From a virus, in IMG/VR virus record IMGVR_UViG_3300042691_044868, positions 6,965 to 70,964 of that record: a stretch of 64,000 bases of DNA; one strand, written 5' to 3'. A model generated the notes under the pieces. The model did not search any database. It saw only the letters and a program-made list of their open reading frames with translations, and was not told where the DNA came from. Positions 54,468 to 62,848 of the stretch are shown here, one piece after another. A program made the translations under genes and the position numbers. Positions within the stretch are counted from its first letter, which is position 1. Every line of letters begins with the position of its first letter.

Positions 54468-54497
54468 AGCTTATATGCACCATCGTGCAAGAGTCAA
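54468..54497 (-). promoter_or_regulatory. promoter TTGACT-N18-TAAGCT, 6 nt from ATG 54461
   Basis: Read directly on the reverse complement. Confidence 0.55.
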
Positions 54498-54551
54498 GGC
54501 ATCCCTGATTCGAGGATTCATCGAATCGCAACCACAAGGAGTTAGAACCAA

Positions 54552-55436
54552 ATGAGCAAGCCACTATATCAGCAGCTGCACGACGAGGCTGTCGAGCACG
54601 AACTGGGTGTCGTGTTTGAGGAGCCCAGTGTACAGCCCGAGCAGGTGCACGTCCCCGAGCCCGAGGAACCTGTGACCGAGGAGGTCGGCAGTTTCCTTCA
54701 GGACTTCGGCCACCTCCGTGCCATGGTCAAGGCGCGCGAGGTCAACGACCCGATGAGCAGTTCGGGTCGCTGGGATGACCTTCAGCTCGACCTGCGTCAG
54801 CCCCATATCCCAGCGGTTCGGCGAGACCCGGTGCGCCGTCACCTCAAGCTGACCCTGCCCGAAGGCGTGACCGTTCCGTTGATCAGGCTGGGGCCCGCGC
54901 TGGGTGAGACCCTCGGGCTCAAGGCTGCTGGCGGTGCCAACAAGTATGCCCTGACCAGCATCAAGACCGACAAGTGGGAGCACAACACCCACGAGCGTGC
55001 GGTGGCCAGCGGTGAGCGCAAGTTCGAGGCTGACGAGCGTCGCACCTTTGCCAACTTCGATGCCCCGGCCAAGACCGCCACCCAGATGCTGGGTCGTCTT
55101 GTCCGTGCCATGCGGTTCGGTCACCCGTCCCGCAAGGCACACTTCGAACAGCAGTTCCGCCTGTTGTGGTCGGTGCGTGGCCAGCTCCGTGCCACCCTTG
55201 GCGTCAGCCCCCGCAAGCCCGTGGTCAAGCCCAAGGTGGTCGTGACCGTGGCGCCCAAGCCCCTTCCGCCCAAGCCCGAGTACTTCGACAGGCTCTTGGC
55301 CGAGCTGGGGGAGAACGCCGCCAAGCTGGGCACGCTTCCCCGCCACGACCTGATCGACGATGACCAGAAGGCCATGCGGACCAAGCTCATGGCCCGCCAG
55401 CGGTTCATCCAGTCGACCATCGGGAGGTGGATGTGA
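54552..55436 (+). CDS. hypothetical early protein
   Basis: SD aaggag; strong C/G third-position bias. Confidence 0.75.
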   Translation: MSKPLYQQLHDEAVEHELGVVFEEPSVQPEQVHVPEPEEPVTEEVGSFLQDFGHLRAMVKAREVNDPMSSSGRWDDLQLDLRQPHIPAVRRDPVRRHLKLTLPEGVTVPLIRLGPALGETLGLKAAGGANKYALTSIKTDKWEHNTHERAVASGERKFEADERRTFANFDAPAKTATQMLGRLVRAMRFGHPSRKAHFEQQFRLLWSVRGQLRATLGVSPRKPVVKPKVVVTVAPKPLPPKPEYFDRLLAELGENAAKLGTLPRHDLIDDDQKAMRTKLMARQRFIQSTIGRWM

Positions 55437-55684
55437 ACTGTATTGTCTGCAACCAACCCGTCGAGGCGGAGCGTCTTGACCTTGGCTTCTCCAAGTGCAA
55501 GGGCTGTGCCTTTGACTGGCCGGAACCCAGGCTCAAGGGGGCGATGGTCTACGGTGACAAGACAGCGGGAGCCATCAACGTGATGACCCCCGAAAGCTTT
55601 GGAAACTACAAACGAATTTCGCGCAGGGTCGGTCAGCGTTCGGCACTGAGAAATGTGCTGGACTCTGGCGGTCGCTCGCAATAA
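55433..55684 (+). CDS. C4 zinc-finger protein (DksA/TraR-finger-like)
   Basis: C..C...V...RL......C..C. Confidence 0.65.
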   Translation: MNCIVCNQPVEAERLDLGFSKCKGCAFDWPEPRLKGAMVYGDKTAGAINVMTPESFGNYKRISRRVGQRSALRNVLDSGGRSQ

Positions 55685-55703
55685 CCAAAAGGAGATACAC
55701 AAA

Positions 55704-55889
55704 GTGAAAAACAAACCCATCCTCTACACCCTGACGGTGTGGAGGCACGACAGAACCTGTGGCCACGACTACCACTGGCTGACGCTCAAACAGGCGCTCA
55801 ACATGATCGAGGACCTGACCACGGGAAACACCTGCATCAGCAACCCCGACAACCGGTTCGAGTTGTACCCGAACGAGGCGGTCGTATGA
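55704..55889 (+). CDS. hypothetical protein
   Basis: SD aaaggag before GTG 55704. Confidence 0.6.
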   Translation: MKNKPILYTLTVWRHDRTCGHDYHWLTLKQALNMIEDLTTGNTCISNPDNRFELYPNEAVV

Positions 55890-56182
55890 AATTCCGAGAC
55901 GAAGACGCACCCTTGTTTGATGTCCGACAAGACCAGCTGGGCAGGATGCAGGACAAAGGCTTCTTCATCCGTTTCAATAACGGATACGAGGTCAGTGTCC
56001 AGTTCGGAACCTACAACTACAGCGACAACGGGCAGACCACGGCGGAGGTTGCCGTGTTTGACCCCAAAGGTGGCTTGGTCAAGTTGGGGGAACACGACGA
56101 TGTTCTCGGGCGTGTCACCCCTGAGCGGGTGGCCGAGCTGATCTACGAATACTCGCTGATCAAAAAGGAGGAAACCGTATGA
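55886..56182 (+). CDS. hypothetical protein
   Basis: F.NGY.VSV...Y......AEVAV...DDV.G pattern common in phages; ATGA overlap. Confidence 0.7.
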   Translation: MKFRDEDAPLFDVRQDQLGRMQDKGFFIRFNNGYEVSVQFGTYNYSDNGQTTAEVAVFDPKGGLVKLGEHDDVLGRVTPERVAELIYEYSLIKKEETV

Positions 56183-56313
56183 ACCAAGAGACACCAACCA
56201 CAACGTTCTGCCCTGTCTGCAAAGGCACGGGCTTGGACTTCAGAAACGTGTACCCGGACGGCTCGCCTTCCTACTGCGAGGAGTGCGACGGCTACGGGGA
56301 GGTAAACAAATGA
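56179..56313 (+). CDS. tiny DnaJ-type zinc-finger protein (44 aa)
   Basis: CPVCKGTG and CEECDGYG; SD aggagg; hand-translated. Confidence 0.7.
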   Translation: MNQETPTTTFCPVCKGTGLDFRNVYPDGSPSYCEECDGYGEVNK

Positions 56314-56654
56314 GCGACTACATCCAGCTTGGAGAGGTTCCCTATGACGTGAAGATCGTCAAATCGGGAACCCGCTTCTACCACAACAGCGAGGCTTACA
56401 AGGGTAAGCGGACGATCGACGTGTCCAAGGTCCCGTCGGACGGGTGGACGGACTGGTGGCTCCTCGAATCCTCGAAGCCGTTGCCAGTGACCGATGACCC
56501 TTGCCACCCATACCCCAAGGTACGGTCGGCAAGCTTCACCGACGTGAGCTACGACTACGGCGGTCCGGGCCAAAGGTTCACCAAGAGGGCCAGCGCCCGC
56601 AGGATGGGACGCTGGAAGGTTCTGGTCACCCAAAGCGGAGGGCTCGACATATGA
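56310..56654 (+). CDS. hypothetical protein
   Basis: SD ggagg; ATGA overlaps. Confidence 0.7.
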   Translation: MSDYIQLGEVPYDVKIVKSGTRFYHNSEAYKGKRTIDVSKVPSDGWTDWWLLESSKPLPVTDDPCHPYPKVRSASFTDVSYDYGGPGQRFTKRASARRMGRWKVLVTQSGGLDI

Positions 56655-56941
56655 ACGGGAAGTCTGGACAAAACCTGTCGAGGTTCGCCCTTCGTGACGG
56701 TTTGACGGCTTACCATAACCGGAAGCTGACCATGCACGACTGGCGAAAGAACATCCTAATGGCAAAGCAAAACGCCAAGCTTCGTGTGGCACGGGAGAAT
56801 GATAGTGGTCTTGAGCGTTCCCACGCTCTGACTGATATCAACCGAAAGGTGATCAAGAAAAAGATGATGACCATCAATGAAGCTTACGAAAGGAACAGGA
56901 CAACCAAGCCGTTTGGAATGTTCTGGGTTCTATGCGGGTAG
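56651..56941 (+). CDS. basic hypothetical protein
   Basis: ATGA overlap. Confidence 0.6.
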   Translation: MNGKSGQNLSRFALRDGLTAYHNRKLTMHDWRKNILMAKQNAKLRVARENDSGLERSHALTDINRKVIKKKMMTINEAYERNRTTKPFGMFWVLCG

Positions 56942-57022
56942 ACCAAGTGCCCCCCTTACACGGGGGCACAAGTCTGGCCGATAGGCTGGAAACAACAGAT
57001 AACCCTAACCAAAGGAATACAA

Positions 57023-57250
57023 ATGAAAGTCAATAACAAAATCGTAATCTCGGTCTGCCACGGGACTTCCCCCAGCGGGAATCTCACTGGACGCTACTAC
57101 ACCGCCTCAGTCGAGGGGTGGGAGGGCGAGGGCTTGACGGAGAACGAGGCGGTCATCGACGCCACGCACGCGCGTGCCGAGGCGATGATCAAGATCAACC
57201 ACAACAACCGGGGCTTCGGAACCCGTCTTAACTTCGCGGAGGTCGCATGA
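57023..57250 (+). CDS. hypothetical protein
   Basis: SD aaagga. Confidence 0.7.
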   Translation: MKVNNKIVISVCHGTSPSGNLTGRYYTASVEGWEGEGLTENEAVIDATHARAEAMIKINHNNRGFGTRLNFAEVA

Positions 57251-57387
57251 CCGCTCGCGAGTGTCTAGACGTTCTGACGATCCTATTGCAGCTCGGCTTG
57301 GCGTTTATCGCCATACCGACCTGTTTGGTGGCATCCGCGATGCTTCTGATCAAGCTTTGCAAAATGCTTGCGGAGGATGCTCGATGA
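57247..57387 (+). CDS. small membrane protein (46 aa)
   Basis: Hand-translated; ATGA overlaps at both ends; hydrophobic. Confidence 0.6.
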   Translation: MTARECLDVLTILLQLGLAFIAIPTCLVASAMLLIKLCKMLAEDAR

Positions 57388-57737
57388 ACCCCAACAGCAA
57401 AATCTGGAGGGCTGGACAGGAAATCCAGCTACGGGGAAAGCAAGGCCAAGGCCTTGAATTCACCATCAACACGGGAGCGGTCATTGTCAACGGAGTTGTC
57501 CACCCAGACGGGTGGGTGTTGCCCGAGACGATGATCAACGTCAGAACTCAGGACAACACCTGGGGATTCTACGTGGCATCCGAGCTTGAGCGTCCCTACA
57601 GGATTCCAAGCTTTGAACAGCTGGTCGCCATCATCCGTTCTTGGACGGGTGACTGGGCGTTCCGCTTCCGCAAACAGAAACAAGCCGTGCTCAATGGCGC
57701 GGTCAACGAGGAGGAAAATGACAATGAGGTTGACTAA
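57384..57737 (+). CDS. hypothetical protein
   Basis: SD ggagg before ATG 57384. Confidence 0.65.
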   Translation: MNPNSKIWRAGQEIQLRGKQGQGLEFTINTGAVIVNGVVHPDGWVLPETMINVRTQDNTWGFYVASELERPYRIPSFEQLVAIIRSWTGDWAFRFRKQKQAVLNGAVNEEENDNEVD

Positions 57738-57909
57738 CACAAGTTGGGAGTGGGCTAGGTTCCATGCCTATCGCAGCAAGGCGAGCAACACGTTCGTCTT
57801 TAACTTTGCTCCGACAGCTCTCGGATTCGAGATCTACTGGAGCACATCGTCCACCATCGTTTATCTGGAGCTTGGCATCGGGACACTGATGCTTCGATTC
57901 AGCAAATGA
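57724..57909 (+). CDS. hypothetical protein
   Basis: SD gagga; aromatic beta pattern. Confidence 0.55.
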   Translation: MRLTNTSWEWARFHAYRSKASNTFVFNFAPTALGFEIYWSTSSTIVYLELGIGTLMLRFSK

Positions 57910-58280
57910 ACTACCCATTACCCGTCGTAGCCGAAAAGGGCAAGCTCCAGCATTTGCTGGGGCTTGACCCGATTCCTCGGACGTCCACTTACAGCTTTCC
58001 CCGCGGGAAGGTTGTGCTTCGGACACAACGTCTGCCAACCAAAACAGAGATTGGTAGCGTGGGCCTCTATTACACCGACCTTGATGGATACAGGGCGATG
58101 TTTGAGGTTCGTGCCACCTACGAGTGGACAAATGCAGGAAGGGTCGCCTCGTCGGAACCATACTACATCTTCAAGACTGGATGCGTAAGCCAATCCAGCT
58201 TTGATGCCTTGATTCAGACAATCAAGATGATCCACGAGAAGATCCAAACCACGTTCAGAAAGCCGAGGCTCGATGAATAA
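57906..58280 (+). CDS. hypothetical protein
   Basis: ATGA overlap. Confidence 0.65.
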   Translation: MNYPLPVVAEKGKLQHLLGLDPIPRTSTYSFPRGKVVLRTQRLPTKTEIGSVGLYYTDLDGYRAMFEVRATYEWTNAGRVASSEPYYIFKTGCVSQSSFDALIQTIKMIHEKIQTTFRKPRLDE

Positions 58281-58572
58281 GCGTAAACAAAAACTTATCC
58301 TTACTCCTCGGGACAGGATTAGGTGCTTCCTCGAAGCCTATTATCCAGACGAAGTTGACAAGATTCTTCTTGCTGACGGATTGGATAATGCTTTCAAGGG
58401 TGTAATAAACCGTGACGGAAAACCTGTGGCGGTTTATGGCAAAAGAACCTGTCTCTTTGAGCTGGCTAAAACAAACAACTGGTCAATCGACGATGCTGAG
58501 GAGTATTTCTCCTTCAACGTTGAGGGAGCTTACGTCGGCGATCGGACACCACTCTTTATGGAGGAACTATGA
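58273..58572 (+). CDS. conserved-looking phage hypothetical protein
   Basis: LLADG.D.A..G.......AVY...C......DA.EYF.FNV.GAYVG..TP.F motif. Confidence 0.8.
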   Translation: MNKRKQKLILTPRDRIRCFLEAYYPDEVDKILLADGLDNAFKGVINRDGKPVAVYGKRTCLFELAKTNNWSIDDAEEYFSFNVEGAYVGDRTPLFMEEL

Positions 58573-58796
58573 AGCTATTTAGCAAAGGCGATCAAGTCTG
58601 GTGGCGTGGCTCGTGGGGCAACGAATCTTGGGAGAAAGCCAAGATCGTTGGCATCGAGCTTGTCAACGATGGACAGAAACAAGGTGGAATCGTCGTGGAG
58701 CAGATTCCCGTTGAGGTCAAAGACCATTGCGTGTTTGACCTAGCCAACGGGCATTGGGCTTACGGCTACCAAATCAAGGAGGTGACAAATGAGTAA
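58569..58796 (+). CDS. small SH3-like hypothetical protein
   Basis: KGD.V.WRG.WG and L.NGHWAYG.QI. Confidence 0.75.
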   Translation: MKLFSKGDQVWWRGSWGNESWEKAKIVGIELVNDGQKQGGIVVEQIPVEVKDHCVFDLANGHWAYGYQIKEVTNE

Positions 58797-59079
58797 TACT
58801 AAAGAGCGTATCATCACAATCGACACGACTGGCGGGGCTCTCAACGGAATCCCGGTAATCCAGTTCCTTGTCGCGAAGCAGGGTCTGCAAGCCCTGAATC
58901 GCGGCATGAGGTTAACCCGGTTCGCCACACCCCAACGTTGCATGGAGATCATCTCCTCAATCACGGGCTACAAGTACAAGCGAACCGACAGGAACGTGGC
59001 TTTGCGAGATGCGGAAGTTGTCCAGCATCTTTTGCAGGAAGCTCGTAAGCAAATCCTCGCAGACAAGGCGCTTGTATGA
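58789..59079 (+). CDS. hypothetical protein
   Basis: SD ggagg; G.RLTR...ITG..YKR pattern. Confidence 0.7.
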   Translation: MSNTKERIITIDTTGGALNGIPVIQFLVAKQGLQALNRGMRLTRFATPQRCMEIISSITGYKYKRTDRNVALRDAEVVQHLLQEARKQILADKALV

Positions 59080-59366
59080 CATACACAAACGACATCGAGG
59101 TGGAGTTCGACTATGACGGGAAACGTTATAGTGCGATGGCCGATGTCACCGTTGAGTTGTCCAGACAGGATGTCGGTCCGATAGGATACCGAGATCATGT
59201 CGAGCGGTTTGCCACCGATTCGGTGACTATTGAGAATCTTTCCATTGGGGGGCTTCCCGATGGTGAAGACTTTGCCGTCATCCCGGACGACATCAAAAAC
59301 CTGGCTGAATCCAGGCTTTCGGAGATTGCGTCCGAACGTGCGGAAGAGTTTCTGGCGGACGAGTGA
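59076..59366 (+). CDS. acidic hypothetical protein
   Basis: ATGA overlap. Confidence 0.7.
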   Translation: MTYTNDIEVEFDYDGKRYSAMADVTVELSRQDVGPIGYRDHVERFATDSVTIENLSIGGLPDGEDFAVIPDDIKNLAESRLSEIASERAEEFLADE

Positions 59367-59629
59367 TGAATCTTAAAGTATTCATTCACTCCGATTCGCG
59401 TGGAAACCGAAACGGAGTCTACGAGTTCCCGAACCGAGAGAAATGCTACAAGTGGTTGAACACCAATCTCTTTGGCAACAAAGTTTCTGCTCGACTTCGG
59501 CTCCAGTTAGTCAAGGATGGTTGCGTTGAAGACGCAAACAAAACCATCGTTGGTTACTGGTATGAACTCAAACACGACAAGCCGACATCGAAAGATGGAA
59601 AGCTTGTCTTTCCAATGACAACAAAATAA
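59363..59629 (+). CDS. hypothetical protein
   Basis: Overlap packing. Confidence 0.6.
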   Translation: MMNLKVFIHSDSRGNRNGVYEFPNREKCYKWLNTNLFGNKVSARLRLQLVKDGCVEDANKTIVGYWYELKHDKPTSKDGKLVFPMTTK

Positions 59630-59640
59630 GGAGGTATCAA

Positions 59641-59817
59641 ATGGCAAAATTCAAATTAGAAATTGATACGGACAATGCGGCTTTCGGGGATGCCCCGGAG
59701 TTTGAATTGTCCCGAATCTTGAGCGAACTCTCCGACGATGTGGCCGATGACCAGCGCGAAACCTACACCATTCGCGATGAGAACGGCAACACCGTAGGCA
59801 AAGCTACTTGGTCTTGA
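59641..59817 (+). CDS. small acidic protein (58 aa, MAKFKLEIDTDNAAF...IRDENGNTVG)
   Basis: SD taaggagg; DNAAF..E..RIL...IRD.NGN.VG motif common in early phage genes; hand-translated. Confidence 0.8.
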   Translation: MAKFKLEIDTDNAAFGDAPEFELSRILSELSDDVADDQRETYTIRDENGNTVGKATWS

Positions 59818-59905
59818 CGGTCAGACCCCGCGCGCCCGATGAGGGCGTGTCGGTCTGCCCGTGTGGGCGGAACAAAACGAAACCAAAACCGAAAGGAACA
59901 CTACA

Positions 59906-60223
59906 ATGGAACTAACAATACCAACTCAGGTTGTCGACGACTTCGGTCGCGCAACCGAAAACCTCAAGCTCTCCAACGAGCGACGGAAAGAGTATCGCAC
60001 TCTCTTCCTCGAATCCGCGAAGCTTGGAAACAAGGAATGGTCGGGTCAGCTGTTCGAGGTTCGCATGGACGAACACGACAAGCAAAGGCTCGTCAAACCG
60101 TTGCTCCGGCAACACCTCCTCAAAAGGCTCACACCCGAGGAAGTCGACCATATCTTCCAGGCGTCAACCGTGACGTCGGAGGAATGGCACTTCACGGCTC
60201 ACAGGATTCCAACAGGTGAGTGA
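59906..60223 (+). CDS. hypothetical protein
   Basis: SD aaagga before ATG 59906. Confidence 0.7.
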   Translation: MELTIPTQVVDDFGRATENLKLSNERRKEYRTLFLESAKLGNKEWSGQLFEVRMDEHDKQRLVKPLLRQHLLKRLTPEEVDHIFQASTVTSEEWHFTAHRIPTGE

Positions 60224-60479
60224 GGCAGTCAAGATTCACCCTGCGATCACCAAGTCCGATGGGCTTGTGATCTATGACCGGGACAATGTGATGGTCGACC
60301 CGACCCTCTACATTTCCATGAAGGAAGCGGAGACCGCGCTTGCCAACTACACGGACGCCGACATCTGGTCGGTGGTCGTGGAGCGCAAGCACAAGGTCAA
60401 CGACGCCCCCAGGGTCAAACGGGGAAAGAAGCTACGCCCACTCATCATTGAATACGTGAAAGGAGATTCACTCATATGA
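60216..60479 (+). CDS. hypothetical protein
   Basis: Overlap packing. Confidence 0.6.
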   Translation: MSEAVKIHPAITKSDGLVIYDRDNVMVDPTLYISMKEAETALANYTDADIWSVVVERKHKVNDAPRVKRGKKLRPLIIEYVKGDSLI

Positions 60480-62824
60480 TTATTACAGCTGCAAGAAACT
60501 CGGCGGTCATCGAGGGTGGCGGCGAGTCGGTCGACTACAAGATCGACACGGCCAACCTCGGTCACATCGCCAGCATCCTCCGCAAAGCCTACTCCGATCC
60601 CATCCGTGCGGTGGTTCGTGAGTACGGCACAAATGCGTGCGAGGCGCACATGCTCAACGGCAACGAGAAGAAGCCGTTCGAGGTGACGCTTCCCACGTCC
60701 TTGGCTCCTACCTTCAAGCTCCGTGACTTCGGTCCGGGTCTTGGCGTTGAGTCGTTCAAGGACTTGTTCTGCTCATACGGCGGATCAAGCAAGCGGACGA
60801 GCAATAAGTTCACAGGTTGCCTTGGCATCGGTTGCAAGTCCTATGGCTCGTACACCGACTCCTGCACCGTGACCGACATCCACGACGGAACCAAGCGCAT
60901 CTGGAACTGCTACATCGACGAGAGCGAAGTGGGCAGAGCCACGATGCTCAGCGAAACCAAGACCAACGAACCAAGCGGGGTTGAGATTGCCATCGCCGTC
61001 CGCCCGACTGACGTTGAGCGGTTCCGCTCGACGGCCATCCGTGTCTACAAGGTCTTTGACGTCCAGCCCAAGCTGGTCAGCGCGAAGGCTGAGGAGCACG
61101 AGATGCTTGCCAAGCGTGACTATAGCGAAGGCTCGGTCAAGGGAAGCAACTGGTCTTTCCGTGGCGATAACAATAGCTGGCTCCAGATGGGGCTGGTTTT
61201 GTATCCGTTGAAAGCCGACTTCGCCGGACCCAACTCGGTGAAGGAACTCATCAACGCCGGCGTCTATGTGCGGGTCGAGCTCGGGGATGTGCAGATCGCA
61301 CCTTCCCGTGAGGACCTGCAATACTCGCAGAAGACCATCCAGAGTCTGATCAAGCATCTGACCCCGATCGTCAACACGATTGGTGATGAGCTTATCAAGG
61401 CTGTGCAGGGTGCGCCCGACATCATCGCGGCGTACCAGGTTGTTCGCGAGTTCCGCCGTCACGGGGAGTATGGCTCAAGCAACTTCCGTGACGCCATCGT
61501 CAAGAAGATCAAGCCCAAGCTGACGTGGAAGGGTATTTCACTCAGCGGGGACTTTGAGCTTCCGCTTGCGGAGACTGAGAAAAACGCCAAGGGTGAGATC
61601 ACCAAGACACCCAAGACCATTCTTGAGGAGCACGGCATCACCCTGCTTCGGATGGGCAAGCGAAGCTGGGGTAAGTCAAAGGTGAGTGTCGACCGTGATG
61701 ACCACAGAATCCATATCCAAAAAGATATGGAAGTGTTCTTCAACGACACCAAGACCGGCTCAGGTGAGGCCCGAATTCGTCACTGGATGACGAATACCAC
61801 GGACTACAACAACAATGCAACCATCTTTGTTGTATCCTGCAAGAACGGTGGCAAAGCCTGGCTCGAGGCCAATGTGCCTTGGTTCAAGCATGTGCCGTTC
61901 CGCTCGATCGAGGCGTTACCCAAGCCGCCAGCGAAGACATTCGTTGATGAGAACGGTGATCCTGTGACCACCGTCAAGGACAAAAAGCATTCCCGCGGGA
62001 ATCTGTTTGTCCTTCGCTCGGACTATGCGGATCAAGACAAGCTCAGCGACCATTGGAATCTTGGACAGGCGCCGGATGGCGAGACTGTCTTTGTCCGACT
62101 CAACAAGTTTGAGTGGTCTGCGACCCTTGGAAGAGACGCGTTCTACAGCAACTACGAAACCTTGCACGATGCAGTGGGGTATCTGAAGGCTATCTCTCCG
62201 GTCAAAACGCTTTACGGCGTCAAGGTTGCCGACGAGAAAGCCAAGGCTAACTATAACCTCATCTGCCTCCACGAGGCTCTCGACAAGTATGTCAAAGAGT
62301 TTCTCGTTGCCAACCCGGACAAGGCACAACTGATTGCCGACCGCAAGGCGGCTCGGGTGTTCTTCTCCAACAACCGTTGGAGTAGTAATGGTTGGAAGGA
62401 CTTCGGCAACTTCTTTGAGACGGAGGACTTGTTCAGGTGGTTTGAGAGTTCAAAGAACAAGCCAAGCCTCATCAGCAAGCTTGATTCGAAAAGTCCGTTC
62501 CGTGTCTACATGGAACACATTTATCGGATGCTTGGTGGAAACGAGCAAGAGCAACGGAAACTTCCCGTGTGGCTTAGGCGCCCCACAGGAGTCTGGCAGA
62601 TTGGCCGTGGAGAAGACAGCAAGGAGTACAAAGCACTCTTTGATCTTCTTCCCGAGCCATCGTTTGATTTGAAGAAAGCATCCAAGGGTTTGGTCGATCG
62701 CTATCCGCTCTTCGTGAGAAACTCAGAGTCTCCCGATATGATGCGGAGCCATGCGTTCTCCATCCCAACACAAGCTTCGGTCGAATATGTGCGGCTCGTT
62801 GATGCCGCACGCGACGGCCGATAA
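60476..62824 (+). CDS. rIIA: rIIA-like protein with N-terminal GHKL/HSP90-type ATPase
   Basis: YSDPIRAVVRE..TNA.EAH, RDFGPGL, YG.SSK, G.LGIG.KS, PSRE.L.Y; paired with an rIIB-like gene. Confidence 0.85.
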   Translation: MIITAARNSAVIEGGGESVDYKIDTANLGHIASILRKAYSDPIRAVVREYGTNACEAHMLNGNEKKPFEVTLPTSLAPTFKLRDFGPGLGVESFKDLFCSYGGSSKRTSNKFTGCLGIGCKSYGSYTDSCTVTDIHDGTKRIWNCYIDESEVGRATMLSETKTNEPSGVEIAIAVRPTDVERFRSTAIRVYKVFDVQPKLVSAKAEEHEMLAKRDYSEGSVKGSNWSFRGDNNSWLQMGLVLYPLKADFAGPNSVKELINAGVYVRVELGDVQIAPSREDLQYSQKTIQSLIKHLTPIVNTIGDELIKAVQGAPDIIAAYQVVREFRRHGEYGSSNFRDAIVKKIKPKLTWKGISLSGDFELPLAETEKNAKGEITKTPKTILEEHGITLLRMGKRSWGKSKVSVDRDDHRIHIQKDMEVFFNDTKTGSGEARIRHWMTNTTDYNNNATIFVVSCKNGGKAWLEANVPWFKHVPFRSIEALPKPPAKTFVDENGDPVTTVKDKKHSRGNLFVLRSDYADQDKLSDHWNLGQAPDGETVFVRLNKFEWSATLGRDAFYSNYETLHDAVGYLKAISPVKTLYGVKVADEKAKANYNLICLHEALDKYVKEFLVANPDKAQLIADRKAARVFFSNNRWSSNGWKDFGNFFETEDLFRWFESSKNKPSLISKLDSKSPFRVYMEHIYRMLGGNEQEQRKLPVWLRRPTGVWQIGRGEDSKEYKALFDLLPEPSFDLKKASKGLVDRYPLFVRNSESPDMMRSHAFSIPTQASVEYVRLVDAARDGR

Positions 62825-62848
62825 ACCAAAAACGAAAGGAACAATAGT

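Noticed and set aside
53961-54545. 194-aa plus-strand ORF
   Set aside because: Antisense to the TerS-like gene, which has a recognisable HTH and its own promoter.
59835-59885. Hammerhead-like words (cgatgag ... cgaaac)
   Set aside because: Core is CCGATGA, not CTGATGA, and the required stems do not form.
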